Positions 52,744 through 61,440 of a stretch of DNA of 64,000 nt are shown one piece after another. Below the pieces are notes generated by a model. It was not told the DNA's origin. It saw only the letters and a list, made by a program, of their open reading frames with translations, and ran no database searches. Numbering within the stretch: the stretch's first letter is position 1; each line of letters opens with the position of its first letter. A program made the translations under genes and the position numbers. Source of the DNA: Thermoplasmata archaeon (GTDB lineage: Archaea; Thermoplasmatota; Thermoplasmata; Lutacidiplasmatales; UBA184); NCBI GenBank assembly GCA_035502035.1, contig DATJUZ010000037.1, positions 136 through 64,135 on the forward strand, given 5' to 3'.

Positions 52744-55461
52744 ATGGTCGTCGGCCTCCTCGGGGCGACGCTCGCGCTCCCCTCGGCGCCGGTGGGGGCG
52801 GCCGTGCCGGTCCGGGGAGCGACGGACGGCTGCCAGCTGACGCTGCCGGCCGGTCCGCTCGACGGAAGCGCCGTGACCGTCGGCGGGTCGCTGGGCCCCC
52901 AAGCGGTCGCCGGCTGGACGCTGAACTACACCTACTCGGTGTCGTACCGCTCGGTGGACGTCTCGACCGGCGCGATCAGCCTCGGATGCGCGGAGGCGGA
53001 GAACCGGACGACCACGGGCTCGCACGGGGGGTTCTCGTTCACCCCGACGGTGCCGGCCTATCGCTGCGGCGTCAGCGCGAACGGGACGGTCTGCACCACA
53101 TACCTCGCGACGTTCGGCCCGATCTCGCTCGCGCCCGCCGGGACGCCCCCGGCCGGCTACCGGGTCCGAGTGCTCGGACTGGTCGACGACTTCACCGTCG
53201 ACCTCGTCTACCAGTTCGCCGCGCTCGAGACCGTGCCGGAAGGGACGACCGCGGTCGTCTCGGCGGACGCGCCGACGAACGTCACCGCCACCGTCCTCGC
53301 CGCCGACGGCACGCCGAGCGGCCTCGCGGTGTCGTTCGGCTGGACGCTCAACGGCACGGGGTGGTCGGTCGACGGCCCTTCGGACGGATCGGCGATCCAG
53401 GTCCAGGCCGTCGCGGGAGCCGGGGTCGCGGAGCTCTCGCTCGTCGCGCGCTCGGTCGACCGCGGCGTTCCCCTTCCCGCGCTCTCCGCGGGCCTGCTGC
53501 TGACCGCGGAGTCGACGAGCGTCGAGCGGGGGGAGGCGAACCGCACCTCGGTCGACGTCGGCTCCGCGGTCGCGATCGACCTCGCCGCGGTCGGCGCGCC
53601 GGGGTACGGCTACCGTTCGATCGTGGAGCCGGGCCTCGGGCTCCCCCCGGTCTCCGCCCCCTGCTCGGTCGGCTCCCCAGTGGGGGGGATCGCTCCGATC
53701 ACCTGCTCGACGCTCCTGGACTACCCGTCCGCCGGCATCGCGCAGCCGACCGCGACGGTGACGAACGGCTACTCGAGCGGGGCCTGGCAGTTCCCGCAGG
53801 TCACCGTGAGCCCGAGGCCGGCGCTCTCCGTGGTGCCGAGCCCGGCCGAAGGCTACGTCGGCGAGCCCGTGAACCTAGCGCTCGTCGTCGAGAACGGCTC
53901 GGGTGCCCGACCGTTCGCCGAGGGGTGCCTCGCCTCCGGCGTCGGTCCGCCCGAGTGCCAGGCCGGACCCGGCCCCGGCTGGACGTTCGCGGCGACGTAC
54001 GCGTCCCCGGGCAACGTCAGCGCGCTCGCGTGGGCGGTCGACGCGGACGGGGTCAACAGCTCCGCCCGGTTCACGATCGTCATCGCCCCGCCGCTCGGCG
54101 TGGGTCCGGCGAGGGTCGTCCAGGGGAACGCGAGCGTCGGGGTCCCGCTCCCGCTCACCGCGTCGGTGCGCGGAGGGCTCCTCCCCCTCCGCTACTGGTG
54201 GAACGTCTCCGGGGAGCCTGCCCCGCTCGCCACCGGAACGACGAACGCGGACGGCGCGGTCAACGCGAGCTGGGTGCCCGCGCTCGCCGGAGCCGTCGAA
54301 CTGACGTTCACCGTCTGCGACCACCTCGGGACGGTCGCGCGGACGACGCTCCTCGTGTCGGTCGCGCCGGCGCCGGCGGTGTCGATCGTCGCGCTCGCGA
54401 GCCCGCCGACCGGCGCGGTCGTCGCCGGGACGGCGGTGCCGCTGAGCTGGGCCGCGCTCGACGTCGGGGGCTCGGTCGACCGGGCGTTCGCGGCGAACGC
54501 CGAGCTGCTGGTCGTCGGCGCCTCCGGCCCCGTGGACGCCTCCGTGAACACCTCGGCGGCCGGGCCGCTCGATGACCTCGGCGACGGCACGTTCGGCGTC
54601 CCGGGCTCGGCGTGGATCGGCGGCGTCCTCAACGTGAGCCTCACCGTCCGAACCTCGACGACCGTCGAGCTCGCGCTCGTCGGGAGCGCGCTGCCGGAGA
54701 GCGCCCCGAACCTGACCGTCACGATCGTTCCGGACCGGGAGCAGCTGCGCCTGTCGGAGCCGACGGTCGCCCGGGCCGGCGCCCGGAGCAACGCCACCCT
54801 CTGGCGGGTCAGCGACCGCTTCGGCAACGCGGTGCCGGGCGCGCCGCTGACCGTGGTGCTCGACTTCGGCGGGGAGCGGAGCGCCCAGGTCGTGCACGCG
54901 ACCGCTCTCGCCGGGGGAGGCAGCGCGGTCTGGATCAACTACACCGCGACGAGCGGCAGCTCCGGCGTCGTGACCGTGCTCGACGGGGCCGGCGACCTCC
55001 TGCTCGGCCCGCTCGCGGTGCCGGCCGCGGGGGCGGCCGGTCCCGACGCCGCGGTCGAGGCGGTCGCCGCGGGGGTCCCGCTGGGGGCGATCGGCCTCGG
55101 AGCGCTCGCCGTCGTGCGGCGGCGCCGTCGCGACCGGGGGGCGGCGGACGGCGACCGAGCGCTCCGGGCGCTCGCGGAAGGACGGGCCCGGACGGTGGAG
55201 CTGGTCCGCGCCGCCGGGGCGGTCGACCTCGCCGGTCTGGAGGCGGCCTGGGAGCCGCCCCCGGCGCCCCCCGCGCTCGCCGACTGGCTCGCCTCGCTCG
55301 TCGCGGACGGGACGCTCGGGGCGACGGTCGGACCGGACGGGGGCGCGCGATTCTGCCTCGCGCAGGACGCGCCGGCGCTGCGGGTCACGGTCGACCCCGA
55401 GGCGCTCGACCGCAGCCTCCGCCGCCGCGACGAGGACCTCGAGGACGAGAGCGGCGACTAG
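52744..55461 (+). CDS. large secreted, N-glycosylation-rich surface protein with a C-terminal TM anchor and a cytoplasmic tail of about 115 aa
   Basis: ATG at 52744 (TTG at 52741 is an alternative). Signal-like MVVGLLGATLALPSAPVGA. About 17 NxS/T sequons. Repetitive beta-rich Ig-like composition. TM segment VPLGAIGLGALAVV followed by RRRRRD. The upstream 1750 nt of track ORF 50995.. are a shadow of other genes. Confidence 0.7.
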   Translation: MVVGLLGATLALPSAPVGAAVPVRGATDGCQLTLPAGPLDGSAVTVGGSLGPQAVAGWTLNYTYSVSYRSVDVSTGAISLGCAEAENRTTTGSHGGFSFTPTVPAYRCGVSANGTVCTTYLATFGPISLAPAGTPPAGYRVRVLGLVDDFTVDLVYQFAALETVPEGTTAVVSADAPTNVTATVLAADGTPSGLAVSFGWTLNGTGWSVDGPSDGSAIQVQAVAGAGVAELSLVARSVDRGVPLPALSAGLLLTAESTSVERGEANRTSVDVGSAVAIDLAAVGAPGYGYRSIVEPGLGLPPVSAPCSVGSPVGGIAPITCSTLLDYPSAGIAQPTATVTNGYSSGAWQFPQVTVSPRPALSVVPSPAEGYVGEPVNLALVVENGSGARPFAEGCLASGVGPPECQAGPGPGWTFAATYASPGNVSALAWAVDADGVNSSARFTIVIAPPLGVGPARVVQGNASVGVPLPLTASVRGGLLPLRYWWNVSGEPAPLATGTTNADGAVNASWVPALAGAVELTFTVCDHLGTVARTTLLVSVAPAPAVSIVALASPPTGAVVAGTAVPLSWAALDVGGSVDRAFAANAELLVVGASGPVDASVNTSAAGPLDDLGDGTFGVPGSAWIGGVLNVSLTVRTSTTVELALVGSALPESAPNLTVTIVPDREQLRLSEPTVARAGARSNATLWRVSDRFGNAVPGAPLTVVLDFGGERSAQVVHATALAGGGSAVWINYTATSGSSGVVTVLDGAGDLLLGPLAVPAAGAAGPDAAVEAVAAGVPLGAIGLGALAVVRRRRRDRGAADGDRALRALAEGRARTVELVRAAGAVDLAGLEAAWEPPPAPPALADWLASLVADGTLGATVGPDGGARFCLAQDAPALRVTVDPEALDRSLRRRDEDLEDESGD

Positions 55462-56756
55462 CCCGCGTCCGGCTCTCGTCCGACGAGGTCGTAGTAGCGG
55501 TAGGCCGCCTCCCCGGCGCCGAAGCAGTAGCGGAGCGTGGTGAAGCCTCCCTTCAGCTCCGCGGCGCCGGCGGCGACCTCCGCGGTCGGGCGGCCGCGGT
55601 GGAGCAGGTCGTCGATGAGCTCGGCGATGCGGCCCATCTCCCGCGGACCCATCCCGAGCCGGGTGACCTCGGGGGTCCCGAGGCGGATCCCGCCCGGCTG
55701 CTTCGGGCTCCGGTCCCCGGGGAGCAGGTTCTTGTTCGCGATGACCCCGGCGTCGGCGAGGCGCCGGGAGGCGTCGGCGCCCCCGCCCTCCCGGACGACC
55801 CGCACGGCGAGCGTGTGCGACCGGGTGAAGCCGAGGTCGGCCGCGAGGACGTCGAACCCCCGGTCGTGGAGCGCCTGGGCGAGCGCGCGGGCGTTCTCGA
55901 CCGTCCGCCGGGCGTACTCCCGGCCGAACTCGAGGTGCTCGGCGAGCGAGACGGCGAGGGCGGCCATCGCGTGGAGGTGGTGGTTGCTCGTCACCCCGGG
56001 GAACGCCCCCGCGCTCAGCCGCTGGCGCACCGTCGCGTCCTCGGTCTCGGCGAGGAGGATCCCGTGCTGGGGGCCGGGGAGCGTCTTGTGGGTCGAGGCG
56101 CTGACGACCGTGCAGCCCTCGTGGAGCGGGTCCTGGAACTCCCCGCCGGCGATGAGGCCGAGGACGTGCGCGGCGTCGTACCAGCCGGTCGCGCCGATCT
56201 CCTCGAGCGTCGGGCGGAGCTCGTCGAGCGGGAGGGGGAACAAAAACAGCGACAGCCCGAAGAGGCAGAGCTTCGGGCGCACGGCGCGAAGGATCTCGCG
56301 CGTCCGCGGCACATCGATCGTCATCCGCGCCGGGTCCCAGGCATAGTAGACCGGCTTCACGCCGCGAAGGCCGAAGGCACCGAAGGCCGCGCTCGAGATG
56401 TGCGCGCCGTCGGCGAGCCGGCTCGTCCCGACCAGGTCGCCGGCCTCGGCGAGCGCCTTGAGGACCGCGAGATTGGCGACGGTACCGGAGGTCGGCCGGA
56501 CGTCCGCGAACGAGCACCGGAACAGGCGACGCGCGAGCTCGAGCGTCAGGTTCTCGATCTCGTCGACCTGCTCGTTGCCCTCGTAGTACCGCTCGCCCGG
56601 CAGGCCCTCGGCGTAGCGCGAGTGGAGGTCGGAGATCAGCAGCTCCTTCGCGTAGGGCGAGAGGAGGTTCTCGCTGGCGATCAGCGGCAGCGAGCGCTCG
56701 AACCGGGCCGAGTGCTGTCGGGTCAGGTCGCGGACCCTCCGCACCGCCCCGGCCAT
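55458..56756 (-). CDS. glyA: serine hydroxymethyltransferase (archaeal type)
   Basis: ATG at 56756 (verified). Motifs LIASENLLSP, RYYEGNE, VVSASTHKTLPGPQHG. Confidence 0.9.
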   Translation of the reverse strand: MAGAVRRVRDLTRQHSARFERSLPLIASENLLSPYAKELLISDLHSRYAEGLPGERYYEGNEQVDEIENLTLELARRLFRCSFADVRPTSGTVANLAVLKALAEAGDLVGTSRLADGAHISSAAFGAFGLRGVKPVYYAWDPARMTIDVPRTREILRAVRPKLCLFGLSLFLFPLPLDELRPTLEEIGATGWYDAAHVLGLIAGGEFQDPLHEGCTVVSASTHKTLPGPQHGILLAETEDATVRQRLSAGAFPGVTSNHHLHAMAALAVSLAEHLEFGREYARRTVENARALAQALHDRGFDVLAADLGFTRSHTLAVRVVREGGGADASRRLADAGVIANKNLLPGDRSPKQPGGIRLGTPEVTRLGMGPREMGRIAELIDDLLHRGRPTAEVAAGAAELKGGFTTLRYCFGAGEAAYRYYDLVGREPDAG

Positions 56757-56901
56757 CTCGCCGGGCCGGGGAGCCTCCGTCGACCCCCCCACCCCCCCGC
56801 TTCCTGTGGAGGCGGTGGCTCCTGACCTCGGGCTCGCGGGCATCGCTGGGAGCGGCTCGAGCGCCTCGCAGGGATATAGGCGACCCGGCCGTCCTGGCGC
56901 G

Positions 56902-57429
56902 ATGGCGGATCCTTTCCGGACGGACGGTCCGTGGGCGCTCGAGCGACGCTTCAGCGTCACCTACCACGACCTCGACGTGCTGCGCCACCTCAACCACGCC
57001 GCCTACCTGCCGATGATGGAGACCCTGCGGTGCGCCTACTACCTGGACGTGATCGGCCGACGCGACCCGACCGAGCTCGACATCATCGTGGCGGAGGCGA
57101 GCTGCCGCTACCTCGCTCCGGTCACGTACGGCACCGAGCTCGTCGGGGCGATCGCGCCGGTCCGCCCGCTCGGACGGACGAGCTTCACGCTCGCCTATCG
57201 CTTCCGCGACGCCGGCACCGGACGGACGACGGCGGTCGGACGGACAGTGATCGTGACGTACGACTACGCCGCCGGGGCGAAGCGGGAGATCCCGCCGGAA
57301 CGGCGGCGGCGGCTCGAGGCCGACGCGATCGCGCCCGCGGCGACGGGCTGGGCCGCCTCGCCGGACGGTTCCACGCGCAACGCAGGGGTGGGGGTGACGC
57401 CGAGCTCCGCCGGACCGCCGTCCGGCTAG
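56902..57429 (+). CDS. acyl-CoA thioesterase (4HBT/hotdog fold, YbgC-like)
   Basis: ATG at 56902 (verified). The N-terminal pattern FSVTYHDLDVLRHLNHAAYLPMME is typical of the 4HBT family. Confidence 0.75.
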   Translation: MADPFRTDGPWALERRFSVTYHDLDVLRHLNHAAYLPMMETLRCAYYLDVIGRRDPTELDIIVAEASCRYLAPVTYGTELVGAIAPVRPLGRTSFTLAYRFRDAGTGRTTAVGRTVIVTYDYAAGAKREIPPERRRRLEADAIAPAATGWAASPDGSTRNAGVGVTPSSAGPPSG

Positions 57430-57431
57430 CG

Positions 57432-57747
57432 CGTGCTAGGCCAGCAGGATTGCCGCTCGAAGAGACCGCACGGAGACCCCGCGCGCCCCTCGGCCCCGTC
57501 ACCCCGCCAGCGTCGACGGGTCACGGTAAGGCTGCTCCCGTCAGGACCTGACCCGGTGCCCGTGATGGTTACCCGCTAGGGCGCTCCTCCGAGCGCCCGT
57601 CGCGGGACCCGCGGCCCGACGGAACAGAGCGTCTACGGAGCCACGCGGGACGCGCGACCCCTTCGAACGTCGCTCCTGCCTGTCACCCCCGCTAAGGACG
57701 GTTTCGGTGTGTAAGGGGACGCCCAACCCCCCGGTCCAGCCTAGCGA
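57432..57747 (-). ncRNA. signal recognition particle RNA (archaeal 7S RNA); ends approximate (+/-10 nt)
   Basis: The minus strand reads GCUAGGCUGGACCGGGGGGUUGGGCGUCCCCUUACACACCGAAACCG at the 5' end, which is Alu-domain-like and close to the haloarchaeal 7S RNA as I remember it. The helix-8 motif is GGGUCAGGUCC-UGAC-GGGAGCAGCC. 5' GCUAGGC pairs with 3' GCCUAGC. A TATA-like GGCTATGTAGG lies about 27 nt upstream. Confidence 0.85.
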
Positions 57748-57766
57748 GCGGTTGGACCGCGGGGGC

Positions 57767-59056
57767 CTACATAGCCCTATGCTCGGTCGGCAGGGGCGGG
57801 TAGGCGAGCCGCCGCGCGTCCCGCGAGAGGAGGAGCAGCGCCGTGCAGGCGAACGCCCCGAGCCCGGCGACGGTGTACGTCACCGGGATGCCGGCGACCG
57901 TCAGCAGCACCCCCCCGGCGATCTGGCCGAGGGGGATCACCGCGAAGCTCCCGACCTCGTCGATGCTGAAGAAGCGGCCGAGCAGCGCCTCGGGGACGAT
58001 CCGCTGCACGCAGGCGAGATACGTCGAGTTCCCGAGCCCCCCGAGCGCCCCGGCGACCGCGAAGATCGTGATCGCGTTCGGGATCGAGCGCACGAACGCG
58101 AGCTCGGTCACGAGCAGCGCCGACGCCGCCCAGGAGACGATGAACGTCATGCCGGCCCGGCGCACGGTGCCGAGGCGGCCGGCGAGCATCGAGCCGACGC
58201 CGAAGCCGACGCCGTTCGCCGCCGCCGCGAGCCCGTAGACCGCGGCGCCGGCGCGGAGGAACCCGACGACGTAGACGACCTCGTAGGTCCCGTAGATCGA
58301 CAGGAAGAAGTTCGCCCCGAGGGAGGCGAGGATCGACCAGAACAGCGCCGGCTGGCTCCGGACGTAGACGAGCCCCTCGCGGACCTCCGTGAACAGCGAG
58401 CCGCGCGGGGCCTCCGGGGTCGCCGGCGACGGCCGGCGGGACGGCGGCAGCACGACGAACGCGATCATCGCCGCCGAGACGACGTAGGTGAGCGCGTTGA
58501 GGGAGAAGTCGGTCGCCGCGCCGACGAGGACGATCAGCGCCCCGCCGACGGCGCTCCCGACGAACCCGCCGGCCGTCATGCCGGAGAAGAGCAGGCCGTT
58601 CGCGTCCGGCAGCTGCTCGCCGGGGAGGATCTGGGGCAGCAGCGCGTTGGACGCCGGCCGGAACAGGGCGCCCATTGCGGAGACGACCCCGACGATGAGC
58701 AGGATGACGACGAGGTCGAAGCCGCGGAGCACGAGGTAGACCGCGAGCGCGGCGACCGTCGCGGCGCGCACGACGTCGGCAAGGATCATCAGCTTCCGCC
58801 GGGCGTACCGGTCGGCGAGCGCCCCGGCGAGCAGCCCGACGACGAGCCCGGGGGCGAAGTTCGTCACGCCGAGCAGCGTGACCGCGAGCGCCGCCCGGGT
58901 CGTGGAGTAGACGAACCAGGAGAAGGCGACCGAGGCGACCGCCGCGCCGAGCGACGAGGCGACCGTGCCGGTCCACAGTCCGAGGAAGCTGCGCGAGCGG
59001 AACGGGCCGAGGGCGTCCGGCCTCCGGGCCGGGGGCGGCGCGGCGGACGCGGCCAT
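57767..59056 (-). CDS. MFS transporter (MFS_3/EntS-like)
   Basis: 429 aa with ATG at 59056 (verified). About 12 TM segments. The GALADRYARRKL loop motif lies between TM2 and TM3. Confidence 0.8.
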   Translation of the reverse strand: MAASAAPPPARRPDALGPFRSRSFLGLWTGTVASSLGAAVASVAFSWFVYSTTRAALAVTLLGVTNFAPGLVVGLLAGALADRYARRKLMILADVVRAATVAALAVYLVLRGFDLVVILLIVGVVSAMGALFRPASNALLPQILPGEQLPDANGLLFSGMTAGGFVGSAVGGALIVLVGAATDFSLNALTYVVSAAMIAFVVLPPSRRPSPATPEAPRGSLFTEVREGLVYVRSQPALFWSILASLGANFFLSIYGTYEVVYVVGFLRAGAAVYGLAAAANGVGFGVGSMLAGRLGTVRRAGMTFIVSWAASALLVTELAFVRSIPNAITIFAVAGALGGLGNSTYLACVQRIVPEALLGRFFSIDEVGSFAVIPLGQIAGGVLLTVAGIPVTYTVAGLGAFACTALLLLSRDARRLAYPPLPTEHRAM

Positions 59057-59105
59057 CGTCCTGAGGGACCGCGCGGCCCGAGATGAGCGCGCCGCGCCGG
59101 CGGAC

Positions 59106-61319
59106 CTAGCGGATGTGCTCGAGGCTGAACGAGCCGAGGTTGAACGCGCGCTTGGTGAACGTGTAGCCGATCCAGCTGCGCGCCTGCGCGTCGCCGAGCC
59201 CGCGCACGGCGAGGAACGTCTTCATCTGCTCGATCTTGAGGTTGAGCGAACCGTCGACCATGTGCTCGAGGCTCTCGAGGTCCGACTCGGAGTGCATCCC
59301 GCTCTCGAGGACGTAGTAGCCGACCGAGGCGTCGAGCTTCCGGCGGCCGATGAACGGCTGGAGGAACCGGAACGTGCCGGCGGTGTCGAGCAGCGCGGTG
59401 ACGGTCGACACCGACTCGAAGATCAGCCGGTAGCTCGAGAACCGCTCCTTCATCTGCTCGGCGTAGCCGTCGACCGCCCGCGCGAGCTGCTCGAGCGCGC
59501 CGCGGTCGTTCGACGAGAGGAACCGGACCCCCGGGACCGAGGCGGTCGGAGCCCCGACCGCGAGCGAGTAGAGGTCGACGAACCGCAGGAGGCCCTTGCG
59601 CTCGGCCTCCGCGGTGCCGGGGTACAGCTGGAGGAGGTCGTCGCGGACCTGGGAGTAGGTCTTGTCGGTCACGACCCAGATCGACGGGATCTCCTGGCGG
59701 AGCCCCTCGGCGGAGAAGAGCCGGGCGAGCACGTCCTTTCCGGAGTGGGCCGGGCCGTTGACGAGCAGCTGCGAGCCGGGGAGGAAGCCGCCGAACAGAA
59801 GGTCGTCCAGCCGGCGGACCCCGCTGCGGACCCGCGCCGCGGAGGCGTCCTTCACGCTGTCGGCGTGGAGCTTGTCGGCGTCGACCGCGGCGGCGACGTT
59901 CGTCATCCGCTCGAGCTCCCGCGTCCGCTCGGCGAGCAGGCTCTCGCGGCTCCGCAGCTCGTCCTCCTTCTTCGCGAGCTCCTGGCGGAGGTTGTCGAGC
60001 CGGTCGCCCTCCTTCGGGGCGGTGACCGTGCCGACGCCGAGCTCTCGGCGGGCCTCCTCGAGCCGGCGCGCCTCGATGTCGAGCGCGCGTCGTCGGCTCT
60101 CGAGCTGCTGGTCGTAGGCGGCGAGCTCCCGCTCCTTGAACTCGAGGGGGGTCTTGCGGCGTTCGATCTCCTCGGTCGCGATGCGGATCTCCTCGAACCG
60201 CGTCCGCAGCTCGTTCTCGCGCGCGACGAGCTCCCGGTCGCGCAGCGCCGCGTCCTCGAGCTGGCGAGCGAGCCGTGCCTCGACCGCCCCGCTCGACTGC
60301 GCGACGGCCTGGCCCTGCGTGCGCGACTGCTCGAGCTCGCTCGTCAGACGACGCACCTCACCCTCGAGGTGGACGACGCGGCGGCGGAGCTCCGTCTCGC
60401 GCTCGATGTACTGCTGCTCGCGCGCGGCGAACTCCCCGTTCTCGGGGGCGGCCGCCGGTCCCGCCGCGGCGGCCGGCTCGCTGGGACCGGGGGGCGCCAT
60501 GGGGGGCGGGGCCCCGGTCGCCTCGAAGGCGGCGAGGCGCTCGCGGACCCGTGCGAGCTCCTCCTCCTGGGCTCGGAGCGCCTCCTCGCGCTCCTTCGCC
60601 TCGCGAGAACGTACGTACTTGATCACGGCGATCGAGCCGCGCTTCACGTGCTCGACCTGGTCCTCGAGCTGCTTGCGTCGCGACCGCTCGTCGTAGAGCT
60701 GCCGCTGCAGCTCCTGGACCTCCTGGATCATCGACCCCGGGTCGAACTGCTCGCTCTTCACGCGGTCGAGCAGGCCGGTGAGCCAGCGAACGACCGTCTC
60801 CTCCCGCTCGGCGACCGAGGACGGCACGGCGGCCTCCCCCGCGGGCCCCGCGGGCGTCGGCTCGCGCGCCCCGAGCGACGGGGTCGGGGCGGCGGGGCCG
60901 GATTCGGAGGCCCGGATCCAGTCCTCCATCGCCCGATCGTCGCCGTCGACCCAGCGGCGGAGGACGTCCGTGGAGGCCTTGCCGCTGGGAGCGAGCTTCG
61001 GCCGCCGTGCGCGCTCGGTCCTGCCGACCGATCCGACCCACCGCTCGACGATGCGATCGGGGTCGGCGTCGGCCCCGGGTCCGTCGCCCCCCGGCGCGCC
61101 GCCCCCGACGCGCGCGATCGCCTCGCGGTCGGCCGCAGAGAGGCCGAGCTGGACGAGCTCGTCCGGGGAGAGCGACCGGCCCGCCTCGGGGGTATCGTGA
61201 CCGGCCTCGATCAGCCGGCGGGCCCCGTCGGCGCTGATGCCGAGGGCGTGAGCGAGTTCGCTGGCACGCGACGCCACCGCCTCGGCGACCGTCGCCGCCC
61301 CATCGGCGGAACCTTCCAT
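59106..61319 (-). CDS. HhH-like N-terminus + coiled coil of about 330 aa + C-terminal RecA/KaiC-superfamily ATPase-like domain (degenerate Walker A)
   Basis: 737 aa with ATG at 61319 (verified). The N-terminus LGISADGARRLIEAGHDTPE..LSPDELVQLGLSAADREAIARV is RadA-N/HhH-like. Heptad-rich E/R/L region at aa 180-475. C-terminus GVRRLDDLLFGGFLPGSQLLVNGPAHSGKDVL and YRLIFESVS. Confidence 0.7.
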   Translation of the reverse strand: MEGSADGAATVAEAVASRASELAHALGISADGARRLIEAGHDTPEAGRSLSPDELVQLGLSAADREAIARVGGGAPGGDGPGADADPDRIVERWVGSVGRTERARRPKLAPSGKASTDVLRRWVDGDDRAMEDWIRASESGPAAPTPSLGAREPTPAGPAGEAAVPSSVAEREETVVRWLTGLLDRVKSEQFDPGSMIQEVQELQRQLYDERSRRKQLEDQVEHVKRGSIAVIKYVRSREAKEREEALRAQEEELARVRERLAAFEATGAPPPMAPPGPSEPAAAAGPAAAPENGEFAAREQQYIERETELRRRVVHLEGEVRRLTSELEQSRTQGQAVAQSSGAVEARLARQLEDAALRDRELVARENELRTRFEEIRIATEEIERRKTPLEFKERELAAYDQQLESRRRALDIEARRLEEARRELGVGTVTAPKEGDRLDNLRQELAKKEDELRSRESLLAERTRELERMTNVAAAVDADKLHADSVKDASAARVRSGVRRLDDLLFGGFLPGSQLLVNGPAHSGKDVLARLFSAEGLRQEIPSIWVVTDKTYSQVRDDLLQLYPGTAEAERKGLLRFVDLYSLAVGAPTASVPGVRFLSSNDRGALEQLARAVDGYAEQMKERFSSYRLIFESVSTVTALLDTAGTFRFLQPFIGRRKLDASVGYYVLESGMHSESDLESLEHMVDGSLNLKIEQMKTFLAVRGLGDAQARSWIGYTFTKRAFNLGSFSLEHIR

Positions 61320-61350
61320 GGGCCGGGAACGTCACTAGCGAGGCGGAGGG

Positions 61351-61358
61351 TCATAATA
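61351..61358 (-). promoter_or_regulatory. TATA-like box (minus strand TATTATGA) about 35 nt upstream of the ATG at 61319
   Basis: An AT-rich octamer in the 121-nt divergent spacer. Confidence 0.35.
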
Positions 61359-61412
61359 CCGCCCTCGGACGCCGGCGGGGAGCGTGGAGGTCGGACGGCC
61401 GGGCGGACCACC

Positions 61413-61420
61413 CTTTATAC
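61413..61420 (+). promoter_or_regulatory. TATA box (CTTTATAC) about 25 nt upstream of the tyrS GTG at 61441
   Basis: The spacing fits a leaderless mRNA starting at the GTG. This supports 61441 over 61384 as the start. Confidence 0.45.
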
Positions 61421-61440
61421 CGGCCGGGTACCGGCAGGCC

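Noticed and set aside
53875-56997. 1040-aa minus-strand ORF and the 737-aa plus-strand ORF 54612..56825
   Set aside because: They overlap the surface protein and glyA. There are no motifs and the composition is extremely Arg/Gly/Asp/Pro-rich.
57541-57726. 61-aa minus-strand ORF
   Set aside because: It lies entirely inside the SRP RNA gene.
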